Shown here piece after piece: positions 50,601 through 58,393 of a stretch of DNA of 64,000 nt (its first letter is position 1; every line of letters starts with the position of its first letter). The position numbers and the translations under genes are program-made. The notes beneath the pieces are model-generated. The model saw only the letters and a program-made list of their open reading frames with translations. It was not told the origin of the DNA and did no database searches. Source of the DNA: Hyphomicrobiaceae bacterium (GTDB taxonomy: Bacteria > Pseudomonadota > Alphaproteobacteria > Rhizobiales > Hyphomicrobiaceae); assembly GCA_041745515.1 (NCBI GenBank), contig JBGTIU010000202.1, positions 1,145 to 65,144 on the forward strand, read 5' to 3'.

Positions 50601-50799
50601 TAACGGCGGCAACGGTATCGGCAACGGTCTGCGCGCTGGCACCTGGATAACTCGCGCTTACCGAGATAGTGGGCGGCGTGATTTCGGGAAACTGGGTGAC
50701 GGCGAGCCCATTGTAAGCGATGGCGCCGATAATGGTGATAAAAAGCGAGACGACGATCGCGAAAATCGGCCGAACGATGAAGAAGCGGCTCAAGCCCAT
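47608..50799 (-). CDS. RND efflux transporter permease (HAE1 / AcrB-MexF-like)
   Basis: MGLSRFFIVRPIFAIVVSL..., 12-TM RND architecture, about 1063 aa. The start is trimmed to the ATG at 50799. Confidence 0.95.
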   Translation of the reverse strand: MGLSRFFIVRPIFAIVVSLFITIIGAIAYNGLAVTQFPEITPPTISVSASYPGASAQTVADTVAAVIEQAVNGVDGMLYMYSQSTSDGSMGLTVTFEIGTDADKAQVLLQNRVASAEPRLPDEVRRSGVTVRKNSPDLLVVVHLVSPDKSHDQVYISNYAILNVRDVLARTEGVGAVNLYGAREYSMRVWLDPERIAGLGLTAEEVLSALRAQNVQVAGGSIGEPPLKSTGAFQQSLQLKGRLKDAAEFEEIIVKAGADGRVVRLKDVSRIELGALSYMSFGYQDRDPATVIVMTQQPGSDALKTVNAIKATMKEISAGFPKGLEYRIRYNPTEFIEVSIRELNKTIVEAVVLVVLVVLLFLQTWRATIIPVVAIPVSLIGTCTIMLGLGYSLNTLTLFGLVLSVGIVVDDAIVVVENVERKLREGLAPLEAARVTMDEVGTALIAIALVLTAVFIPTAFVSGITGQFYRQFAITVATATLISAFVSLTLSPALAAMLFKPHSDEVQQLRRFSFIRFGSAPLRWFFAGFNWLFAWLERAYARTVQGVIRISGIMLMIYAGLIGLAVWLVNMTPTGFIPALDRGIIIVSAQLPAGASLDRTDQVLRRANEIILSTPGFAYTSGYSGLSGATFTNAPNSAALFCVLDDFDKRAVTGQTVQKLATELRQRLAEIQEAQVLVFVPPPVRGIGAASGFSLRLQDRGGLGSDAFSRTANEFIQALNQTPGLSNAFTTFQTVTPQIFVDVDRVKAQMLRVPLTNIFEALRIYMGSAYVNDFNMFGRTYRVTAQADGNFRLDPDNVARIRVRNSDGQMVPLGSLVTFKEIAGPERVPRYNLFPAVEINGQGSPGISSGQALELVAATAARLLPEGVGYEWTDLSFQEKRAGRTGYYIFALSVLFVFLALAAQYESWSLPLSIMLIVPMCLLSAVFGVWLRGLDINILTQIGFVVLIGLAAKNAILIVEFAHQFEQRGNDVVTAAVEASRLRLRPILMTSLAFTLGVLPLYLASGAGAELRIALGTAVFWGMIGVTMFGLIFTPVFYVVVRRLGQRFSGHTAVSPPKPAPAE

Positions 50800-50825
50800 G
50801 ACGCGCGACCACCGGCAAACTAGTG

Positions 50826-52244
50826 TTACTGACGCGCCGAAGAAGAAGAGGAATCCGGCGTCATATCGGAGACCTGCAGCGGCTCGCGCTTCGGGTTGAC
50901 TCTTTGTCCCGGCCTTACGCGTTGCAGGCCCTTTATGATCACCCAATCGTCGGGGCTGAGCCCGGTCCGCACCACACGCATGCCGCCGACGATTGGGCCA
51001 AGCGTGACGCTCTTGCGAGTTACTGCGCCGTCATCCGCGACCACACTGACGAACTTGCTGGCCTGGTCCGTGCCGATCGCTTCGTCGGGCAACATCACGC
51101 CCAGGTATTTGGCGGAGCCCGCAATACGCGCACGTCCGAACATGCCAGCCGAGAACAAGCCTGATCTGTTGTCAACCATCGCCCGCAACCTCAGCGTGCC
51201 TGTCGTCTGCTCGAGACGATTGTCGCTGAAATCGACTGTCGCGGCTTGCGGGAATCCCTTGTCGTCAGCGATTGCGATCTCGACCGTGGCGCCCGCCTCG
51301 CCGAGCTTCAAAGAGCCGTCGGCGGCGAGCCGCTTGTACTTGATCGTATTGTTCTCGCTCACATCGAAATAGAAGTGCATCGGATCTTGGCTGACGATCG
51401 TCGTCAGCAATGTTTGCGTGCCGGCCCCGCCACCGACAATGTAGTTGCCGGCCGACACCAGATTGCGGCCAATGCGGCCCGCGATCGGCGCCGTGATCCG
51501 AGTGAACGACAGATCGAGTTCGGCAGACTTAACCTTGGCTTCGGCGACCTTTACAGCGGCCTCCGCTTCCCGCTTCAGATTCGCGCGATCATCGAACACT
51601 TTTTCCGACATGATGCGACGATCGAGCAATGGACGGCCACGATCGACATCCTTGGTGGTGCTCTCGACCTTGGTTGTCGCAGCCAGCACTTCGGCCTTTG
51701 CAGTATCAAGGGCTCGCTCGAAGGGTCGCGGATCAATGGTGAATAGTAGGTCGCCCCTGTCGACCATCTGCCCATCCTTGAAATGGGCTTGATCGAGATA
51801 GCCGGCGAGACGCGCGCGCACTTCGATTGTGTCGACTGCATCGAAACGGCCGGTGTACTCGTCCCATTCGATAATCTCGCGGGCGATCGGACGGCTGATC
51901 GTCACTTGCGGTGCTGGCGCATTGGGAGGGGCGGAAGTAGCGGGTGCGCGACCGCGTTCTGACCCAGCCGACAATAGCCGGACGAGCCCGCTCCATTGAT
52001 TGGCGAACCAACTCGGCGTCTCGCTGGACGTGGCGGCAGCGGACGGAGGTGCAACCTTGGTTTCGGCAGCCTTTGCCTGCGCGCGCAGCGGGCTTGCTGC
52101 GACAACGGCATATAAGGCCACACAAGCAATCGCCGATACCGTTACGAGACCTGCTCGCGCAACGCATTGCCGCAACGGTTCGAATCTGCGCTCGATGCAA
52201 TGCAAGACCAACCTCACTCGATCTGACGGTGCCGGCAACGACAC
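50826..52244 (-). CDS. RND efflux periplasmic adaptor (membrane fusion protein)
   Basis: HlyD/MFP lipoyl-barrel pattern (YTGRFDAVDTIEVRARLAGYL...GDLLFTIDPRPF). The long N-terminus may start further downstream. Confidence 0.85.
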   Translation of the reverse strand: MSLPAPSDRVRLVLHCIERRFEPLRQCVARAGLVTVSAIACVALYAVVAASPLRAQAKAAETKVAPPSAAATSSETPSWFANQWSGLVRLLSAGSERGRAPATSAPPNAPAPQVTISRPIAREIIEWDEYTGRFDAVDTIEVRARLAGYLDQAHFKDGQMVDRGDLLFTIDPRPFERALDTAKAEVLAATTKVESTTKDVDRGRPLLDRRIMSEKVFDDRANLKREAEAAVKVAEAKVKSAELDLSFTRITAPIAGRIGRNLVSAGNYIVGGGAGTQTLLTTIVSQDPMHFYFDVSENNTIKYKRLAADGSLKLGEAGATVEIAIADDKGFPQAATVDFSDNRLEQTTGTLRLRAMVDNRSGLFSAGMFGRARIAGSAKYLGVMLPDEAIGTDQASKFVSVVADDGAVTRKSVTLGPIVGGMRVVRTGLSPDDWVIIKGLQRVRPGQRVNPKREPLQVSDMTPDSSSSSARQ

Positions 52245-52352
52245 TTTAGCCGAAGCGGACGTGTTACGGCTCAGCTTGTAGCAAACCAGGCTGGCCGTGT
52301 AACCGCACGAAGTCGTGGCTGCTTGTATGGTCAGCTCTTGACGCCCGATAGG

Positions 52353-53126
52353 TCAATAGCGGGCGTATCCCGATTGCAGGTATCGCATTTGCCCATAAAT
52401 CGGGCGTTGCGGCACATCGTAACGGCGCGGCGAAGAGTAACCATAAGCAGAGGTCGCATAGGGTTGTCGAGAAGTCGGCAGATAGCCGTACGATTGATAA
52501 TAGCGTTGTTCGTCATGCCGCCGAGTTAAGGCCCGCTCGCGTGCTCCGGGCAATTCTCGACGGGAAGCAACTTCTTCACGAAACCGAGGCGAACCGTGTA
52601 CGACAATCCTGGTCGATGCCAAGCCGTGTTTGAGAACCAGCGCATAGAAAATCGCCGCGCCCGAAGCAGGAAGCCGTATACAACCGTGTGATGCTGGAGT
52701 TCCCAGCCGATTGACTGCGTGGGTCGCATGCGTCGCGATCCCGCCGTTAAAGAAAACCGAATGCGGCATCGGCGCGTTGTCGTACTTCTTCGAGAACCAC
52801 ATCCTGGCGGTCCACTGCGGGCGAAAGGTGCCACGGGGCGTTTCGTAGCCTCGCGCTCCGGACGATATCGGCCATATGTGCAACACTTTGCCGCCAGACG
52901 AGACAGTCAGTCGTTGAGTCGACAGGTTGATATCCGCTCGGAGGGAGATCGCGATCGGCCTCTGCGCGGGCTTGGAAGTTGTTGCCTCGGTCGCGGTGAT
53001 GCCCGGGCTGGCCGGGCCGCCTCCAGCTAGGGCGCCTGGTTCTGCCGATGCTCGGGTAACGAAAAACGACGCAAGAGCAAGAATTGCGAATGGCGCTATG
53101 ACGCTTAAAGATATGCTCTTGGGCAT
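52353..53126 (-). CDS. L,D-transpeptidase (YkuD domain) with a Tyr/Arg-rich C-terminal tail
   Basis: Signal peptide MPKSISLSVIAPFAILALASFFVTRASA and catalytic motif HATHAVNRLGTPASHGCIRL. The tail is ...QRYYQSYGYLPTSRQPYATSAYGYSSPRRYDVPQRPIYGQMRYLQSGYARY. GGAG RBS before the ATG at 53126. Confidence 0.85.
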   Translation of the reverse strand: MPKSISLSVIAPFAILALASFFVTRASAEPGALAGGGPASPGITATEATTSKPAQRPIAISLRADINLSTQRLTVSSGGKVLHIWPISSGARGYETPRGTFRPQWTARMWFSKKYDNAPMPHSVFFNGGIATHATHAVNRLGTPASHGCIRLPASGAAIFYALVLKHGLASTRIVVHGSPRFREEVASRRELPGARERALTRRHDEQRYYQSYGYLPTSRQPYATSAYGYSSPRRYDVPQRPIYGQMRYLQSGYARY

Positions 53127-53364
53127 CCAAAGCTCCAGCGCATCACGCAACTCGGCGAACGTACAGTATCGCCGACGGCCTTCCGTTCCCTTAATTCTTG
53201 CCCCGTTTGTGTTGGATTTCAGCATGACAAACGCGCCCGCTACATGGCGCCCAGCGTTTTGAAGCCGGCAAGTGACCCCACCCTAAAGCAGGGTATTCTC
53301 AGTTCAACGATCGAGCTGACGCACCAGGTAATCCGCAGCAGCGCGCAAACTCTTCCAGTTGTGG

Positions 53365-55107
53365 TTAGTTGCCCAACAAAATATCGAACAACGTTTTGGG
53401 TTTGCCTTGACGCGACGGGGATTGTGGGGGGCGTTGACTGGAAGTGTAACCCCAGCCGGACTGCGCCCACGGCGCCCAGCTCGGCGTACCTTTGGCGCTG
53501 CCGGTCTCGCCGGAAGTTGTGAACCGGCGTTGCGCGGGAGCTTGCGCAATCGCGGGGTCTTTGGCCTTACGCAGCGTAAATTCGTCAGTAACTCCGTCGA
53601 TGCTCGCAACCGTGACGCGGGTGTCGTCCCAATTCCAAACCGACATCCGCTCCCCCGCGCGATGCGGAAGAATGCCAATAACGACATTCGTTTGCGTGTC
53701 GACAATGGCGACCTGCTCGATATCAATGTTGCCCGAGCGGCCGGCATGGAATCTCAACGTCCCAATGCCCAAGAGCGGCGCCGGCCGGACCTCCCACTCC
53801 ACCAGCTTGGGCGTTCCTGTTCCCATCATCTCGAGCGGAACCCGAAACCGCGGAAACTCGTCGCTCACGGCAAAATAGCGCCCACTCTGCGAGACAATTC
53901 GCCACCGTGCCACACCGGCACCAAGCAATTCGGCATCTTCACTCATGTCGGGTGCCGCCCCCAGCCGATCGAGCACGTCGGCTGCGTCCTTCAAGCTCGG
54001 TTTCAAGACCAGAGCCTTCCTCAGACTGACAATGGCGTCGTCTGTGCGGCCCAAAGATTCCTCGATCTCGCCTTTTGCCCACAGGACCTCGGCTCGATTA
54101 GGATTGAGCTTCATCGCTTTGTCGATCTCTTTCAGACCCAAGTCCGGCTGCGCCGTCACCTTGTAGACAAACGCGCGATAGGCGAATGCGATGACGGTGC
54201 GCGGGTCGAGTTCAATGGCGCGCGCCAGGTCGGTCTCCGCGTCCTCATATGCTTCCGCCTTGGCATGCGCGAGCCCTCGACCCTCGTAGGCCGCAACCGA
54301 CCTGGCATCCAGTTCCAAGGCGCGGGTGAAATCCTTGATTGCTGACGCGGGGTTGCGCGCAGCCAAATATGCGTGCCCTCGCAGTACGTAGACCTCGGGA
54401 TTCCCAGGTTCGAAGGCGATAGCACGGCTGAGATCCTCCACCGCCTCGTCAAAGCGCTCGACGTCGAGCTTGGCCTCAGCGCGACTGCGATAGGCAGACG
54501 CAAACCGCACGTCGGATTGCAGGGCACGCGTAAAGTCCCGCATTGCAGCGTGCGGCCGAGACTCGGCAAGGAAAGCACGACCTCGACCCGAAAGAGGTGC
54601 CGCACTGCCCGGCAGGAGTTCAATCGCTTTCGTGAAGTCGCGGATCGCATCCGGCGTTGCGCCAAGCCGCATGTGGGCTCCCGCGCGGTTGTGGAAGGCG
54701 GCGGCGTAACCGGGGGTCAGCAGAATAGCCCGATCGAAATCCTTAACGGCCTCGCGAGGCTGTCCAAATGCAAGAAGAGCGATGCCGCGGTTGTTGTAGA
54801 CTGCCGCATACTCAGGGAAGAGCTGGGCCGCCTTGTTGAAATCCTCGATCGCGAGACGCTGCTGACCGAGTCGGCCGTAAGCCACTGCCCTATCGTTCAA
54901 GATCACGGCCCTGCGGTCGTTAGGCAGGCCGGCGTCCTTCAACGCTTCCGTTAACAGGCTGACTGCCGCCGACACGTTGCCGCGCGCCAACGCGGAGGAT
55001 GCTTCCTGCGCTTTCATTGCAGCGGCATCCGGAGGCGGCGACTGCGCTACCGCCGGCATCACAGCCAGCAGCAAGATTAGCGCAGACAAAAGAAGGCGGT
55101 GCCGCAT
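53365..55107 (-). CDS. Secreted tetratricopeptide-repeat protein with an uncharacterised roughly 180-aa C-terminal domain
   Basis: Signal peptide MRHRLLLSALILLLAVMPAVAQ. About 9-10 TPR units (repeated ...A..D..KAI.L.P..A.AY..RG...). Confidence 0.8.
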   Translation of the reverse strand: MRHRLLLSALILLLAVMPAVAQSPPPDAAAMKAQEASSALARGNVSAAVSLLTEALKDAGLPNDRRAVILNDRAVAYGRLGQQRLAIEDFNKAAQLFPEYAAVYNNRGIALLAFGQPREAVKDFDRAILLTPGYAAAFHNRAGAHMRLGATPDAIRDFTKAIELLPGSAAPLSGRGRAFLAESRPHAAMRDFTRALQSDVRFASAYRSRAEAKLDVERFDEAVEDLSRAIAFEPGNPEVYVLRGHAYLAARNPASAIKDFTRALELDARSVAAYEGRGLAHAKAEAYEDAETDLARAIELDPRTVIAFAYRAFVYKVTAQPDLGLKEIDKAMKLNPNRAEVLWAKGEIEESLGRTDDAIVSLRKALVLKPSLKDAADVLDRLGAAPDMSEDAELLGAGVARWRIVSQSGRYFAVSDEFPRFRVPLEMMGTGTPKLVEWEVRPAPLLGIGTLRFHAGRSGNIDIEQVAIVDTQTNVVIGILPHRAGERMSVWNWDDTRVTVASIDGVTDEFTLRKAKDPAIAQAPAQRRFTTSGETGSAKGTPSWAPWAQSGWGYTSSQRPPQSPSRQGKPKTLFDILLGN

Positions 55108-55316
55108 CAGACCACTTCGTTCGAATTCACGAGCAACGTCAATAGGTGCCGATTGTGGCCGCCAAGGTAGCACGAGCCCACACTTTGAGATTGACGACGC
55201 GTTGAACCTTTGGTGGCATTGCTGCGACGAACGTGAAGCACGGCTCGAGGGCCTGCAATCCGAACGGCCCGAGATACCGACCATCCGTGCGGTCCAACAC
55301 GCCTTTGGAGGGCACG

Positions 55317-56897
55317 ATGTCACGTATTTGCTCACACTGCGTTCCACGCATTGTTCTGGGGGCCGCCGCTTTCGCCGCGTGCGTGGCCTCGCTCAACGCT
55401 CCCGCGCATGCCCTGAAGCTCGAGGATTTCAAGATCGAACAAACCGGGGACAGGCCGGAAATCCGTGTGCTCTTTGACCGCCCGGCGGACAACTGGACCA
55501 CGGTCACGGGAGCCAACGTCACTTTCCGCATCGGCTGGGAGATTACGGTCAAAGCGTCACACGCGCTGGCGCCGGGATCGAAAGTTTCCGTCAGCCTCGA
55601 CAACGTGTCCGCCGAAGCGGCCCTGCAGTCTACAAACAACCACTATTCGGAACTGCATTTGGGAACCTTTCAGTTGCAGAAACCGGGTAACGCCCTGAGC
55701 GAAGTGAAGGATCGCGCACTGCAGACATGCCAGACGATCCGATCGAATGGCGGCAAGCCGAACAAGGAGCATCGCATCCCCTATGGCTTCATGGCCTCCG
55801 CCCACGCATATGCTCAGACGACGGCGACGTGGTTCACCGACGAGAGCGCATCCGCAAACAAGCTGGCATTCATCGACATCGTGTGCGAAGCCGACCCGCT
55901 GTGGCATGAGCCCTATGCCCCGCCCGCCGGCGGTCTGGCGGTCGACAAGGGCCCGTTCCAAGTGAAGTCGGTGGAGCTGTTCCTGACAACGTTCCAGAAC
56001 CAAGTGACGAACCCGACTCCCGGCACCGAGTGCAAGAAGCTGCAGGTCAAGGTCCGCATCGAGACCAACAAGACCGGCCCGGTGACCTACAAGTTGTGGC
56101 GCCAGCCCGGCAGCGACGAGACGAAGGCTCATCTGTCGACGTTTCAGGAAGACGGGCCGTTCAAAGGGCGCTTTATCGCCGAGGATACATTCGTCCACAC
56201 GTTCGACAAGACAACCTACGTCCAGTACATGGCCGAGAGCGGTTCGAATGCGCCCTTCGGTGTGTCGACGCAATGGAAGGACATCACCATCCATTGCACG
56301 TCCACAGCCGGCGGTGGATTGACGGTCGGCCCGCCACAAGGTGGCGGCGATCTGATCCCAGGTTTCAAGGTGAAGACCGCGCAGTTGAAGATCATTGGTA
56401 TCGAAGGCAAGTCGTGCCCGACCAAGGCCTTCGTGGCGGCGACGTTCACCACCAACAAGGCGGGCAAATTCCGCTATTTCATAGGCACCTCCGTGGACAA
56501 GAACGAGTCGGGCGAGTTGGAGGCCAAGAAGGTTGGCGGTGTGTTCCGGGTCCAGGAGACGCTGACAGTTGACATCACCAAGAGCGGCAAGCTGTTGGCG
56601 CACACGCGGGCCGTCGACTTCCCGTCGGCGCTTGCCTTCGCCAGCCGGTCCTACAACTGCGATGGCGTGAAGCCGGTCGGCGGACTGACGGCCGCTGTCG
56701 ACCCGACGCACAACTCGGGCAAATCCAGGGTGCCGCAGTTGCCGAAGGTGGCGCCGAAGATCAGCTGCGGCGGTGGCAAAGCCAAGGACGGCAAGTGCTT
56801 GTGCCCAGCCGGAAAGGTACCAGTCGCGGCTGCCGTCAATGCCTGGCGCTGCATTGGCAGAACAGCCGGATCCACGCAGGCCAAGCCGAGCCGATAA
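55317..56897 (+). CDS. Secreted protein of unknown function with internally repeated domains and a Cys-rich C-terminus
   Basis: GGAGGG RBS and signal peptide ...NAPAHA. Two clearly related roughly 110-aa modules start at FQVKSVEL and FKVKTAQL. C-terminus CGGGKAKDGKCLCPAGK...WRC. Confidence 0.65.
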   Translation: MSRICSHCVPRIVLGAAAFAACVASLNAPAHALKLEDFKIEQTGDRPEIRVLFDRPADNWTTVTGANVTFRIGWEITVKASHALAPGSKVSVSLDNVSAEAALQSTNNHYSELHLGTFQLQKPGNALSEVKDRALQTCQTIRSNGGKPNKEHRIPYGFMASAHAYAQTTATWFTDESASANKLAFIDIVCEADPLWHEPYAPPAGGLAVDKGPFQVKSVELFLTTFQNQVTNPTPGTECKKLQVKVRIETNKTGPVTYKLWRQPGSDETKAHLSTFQEDGPFKGRFIAEDTFVHTFDKTTYVQYMAESGSNAPFGVSTQWKDITIHCTSTAGGGLTVGPPQGGGDLIPGFKVKTAQLKIIGIEGKSCPTKAFVAATFTTNKAGKFRYFIGTSVDKNESGELEAKKVGGVFRVQETLTVDITKSGKLLAHTRAVDFPSALAFASRSYNCDGVKPVGGLTAAVDPTHNSGKSRVPQLPKVAPKISCGGGKAKDGKCLCPAGKVPVAAAVNAWRCIGRTAGSTQAKPSR

Positions 56898-56978
56898 GCC
56901 GACCCGCCCCGTCGCGACCAAACAGGGCGCCTGCTCCCGGCGTCCTGCTTCTACGAAGAACCGATCAATTCGCAACAA

Positions 56979-57356
56979 TCAGCTTCGCGCTGAGGCGCTC
57001 GTGCCGGCGACTGCCAACAGTCCGCCGGCCAGCGCTACGTTCTTGAGAAAATGGTTGAGCTGATTTGCAAACTGCGCGTCAGGGACGGCCCAGAAGTTAT
57101 GGAATATAACGGCCGCGACAAGGCAGAATCCTGCCAGCAGGATCGCTGCAGGCGCCGCAAGAATGTTGACCGCAATCAATAGGGCGGCGCCGATCTCCAA
57201 CGCAATCGTCGCCATCAGCAGGATGTCCGCATACGGCAGGCCCTTGCTTTGCATGAACGCGAGTGTGCCGGCCCACCCAAGGATCTTGCGAACACCCGAT
57301 ATCAGGAACAGCGAGGCCAATAGAACTCGACCCAGGATCAGCAAGTTCGTCTGCAT
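56979..57356 (-). CDS. DoxX family membrane protein
   Basis: LGRVLLASLFLISGVRKI... and 4 TM segments. GGGGAGGAA RBS before the ATG at 57356. Confidence 0.8.
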   Translation of the reverse strand: MQTNLLILGRVLLASLFLISGVRKILGWAGTLAFMQSKGLPYADILLMATIALEIGAALLIAVNILAAPAAILLAGFCLVAAVIFHNFWAVPDAQFANQLNHFLKNVALAGGLLAVAGTSASARS

Positions 57357-57477
57357 TGTGGTTCCTCCCCTTGCAGGCAAATTCCCGCATTCCGTCGTGA
57401 ACAATGTCGACGACGTGTCAGTCACGCGTCGCATTCCCGGCAGCGCACCCGCGATTTACAACGGGGCAGATGCGTCA

Positions 57478-58371
57478 CTATTCCACTGTCGACTTTCTGG
57501 CTCCGGCGTATCTTTGCTCGGCATCATAGTAAGCGTCAAACCCAATTTCGCGGCGCAGCTCTGCGAAATCCATGACGGCGTTTGCTGGGTGAGCGCCGGT
57601 TTTCATCTCTGCCAGGCATGCGGCGACCGCGCGCATCGCGGCGGACAAAAGCGTAAGCGGATAGATCGCAATCCGATAACCCAACTCATGCAGGCGTTTC
57701 ACTTTTAGGATCGGACTGACGCCGCCCTCGACCATGTTGGCCATGTGGATGCCCGGCACCTGTCGAGTCAGGCGCGCCATCTCGGCTTCCGATTGCGGCG
57801 CTTCAACGAATAGGATTTCGGCTCCCAAATCGGAAAACGCTGCTGCCCGCCACAATGCTTCGTCGAGACCATGCACGGCACGCGCATCCGTGCGGGCGAG
57901 GATCACGATATCGTCCCCGGACCTGCGAACCTCGTCGCGAGCGCTAACCGCGGCCTTGATGCGATCCAGCGCCTCGCCGCGATCGACCACCAGCTTGCCC
58001 TTGGTATGGCCACACCGTTTCGGGGCCACTTGATCCTCTATCATGACCGCAGCGGCGCCCGCCGCCACGTAGCCCTTCACCGTGCGTTCGACATTGAGCG
58101 CATTGCCATATCCGGTGTCGCCATCGCCAATCACGGGGATCGGCGCTGCCGCGCAAATATTACGAAGTTGATCGGCCATTTCGGCGTAGGAGATCAAACC
58201 AAGATCGGGCTCGCCTATTCGGGCAGCAGAGACGGCGAAGCCGCTCATGAAGGTCATCGGAAATCCGGCTTGAGCAATCATCTTCGCCGACAGCGCGTCC
58301 CAACAACTCGGCACCATGTGGCAGGTGTCGCGGGCCAACATGGAGCGCAAGGCGGAAGCCTGTTTCGTCAT
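57478..58371 (-). CDS. Isocitrate lyase / PEP mutase superfamily enzyme (2-methylisocitrate lyase / oxaloacetate decarboxylase / carboxy-PEP mutase-like)
   Basis: PVIGDGDTGYGN...MIEDQVAPKRCGH motifs. GGAGAG RBS before the ATG at 58371. Confidence 0.85.
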   Translation of the reverse strand: MTKQASALRSMLARDTCHMVPSCWDALSAKMIAQAGFPMTFMSGFAVSAARIGEPDLGLISYAEMADQLRNICAAAPIPVIGDGDTGYGNALNVERTVKGYVAAGAAAVMIEDQVAPKRCGHTKGKLVVDRGEALDRIKAAVSARDEVRRSGDDIVILARTDARAVHGLDEALWRAAAFSDLGAEILFVEAPQSEAEMARLTRQVPGIHMANMVEGGVSPILKVKRLHELGYRIAIYPLTLLSAAMRAVAACLAEMKTGAHPANAVMDFAELRREIGFDAYYDAEQRYAGARKSTVE

Positions 58372-58393
58372 AGCATTTCTCTCCGCCAACAGG

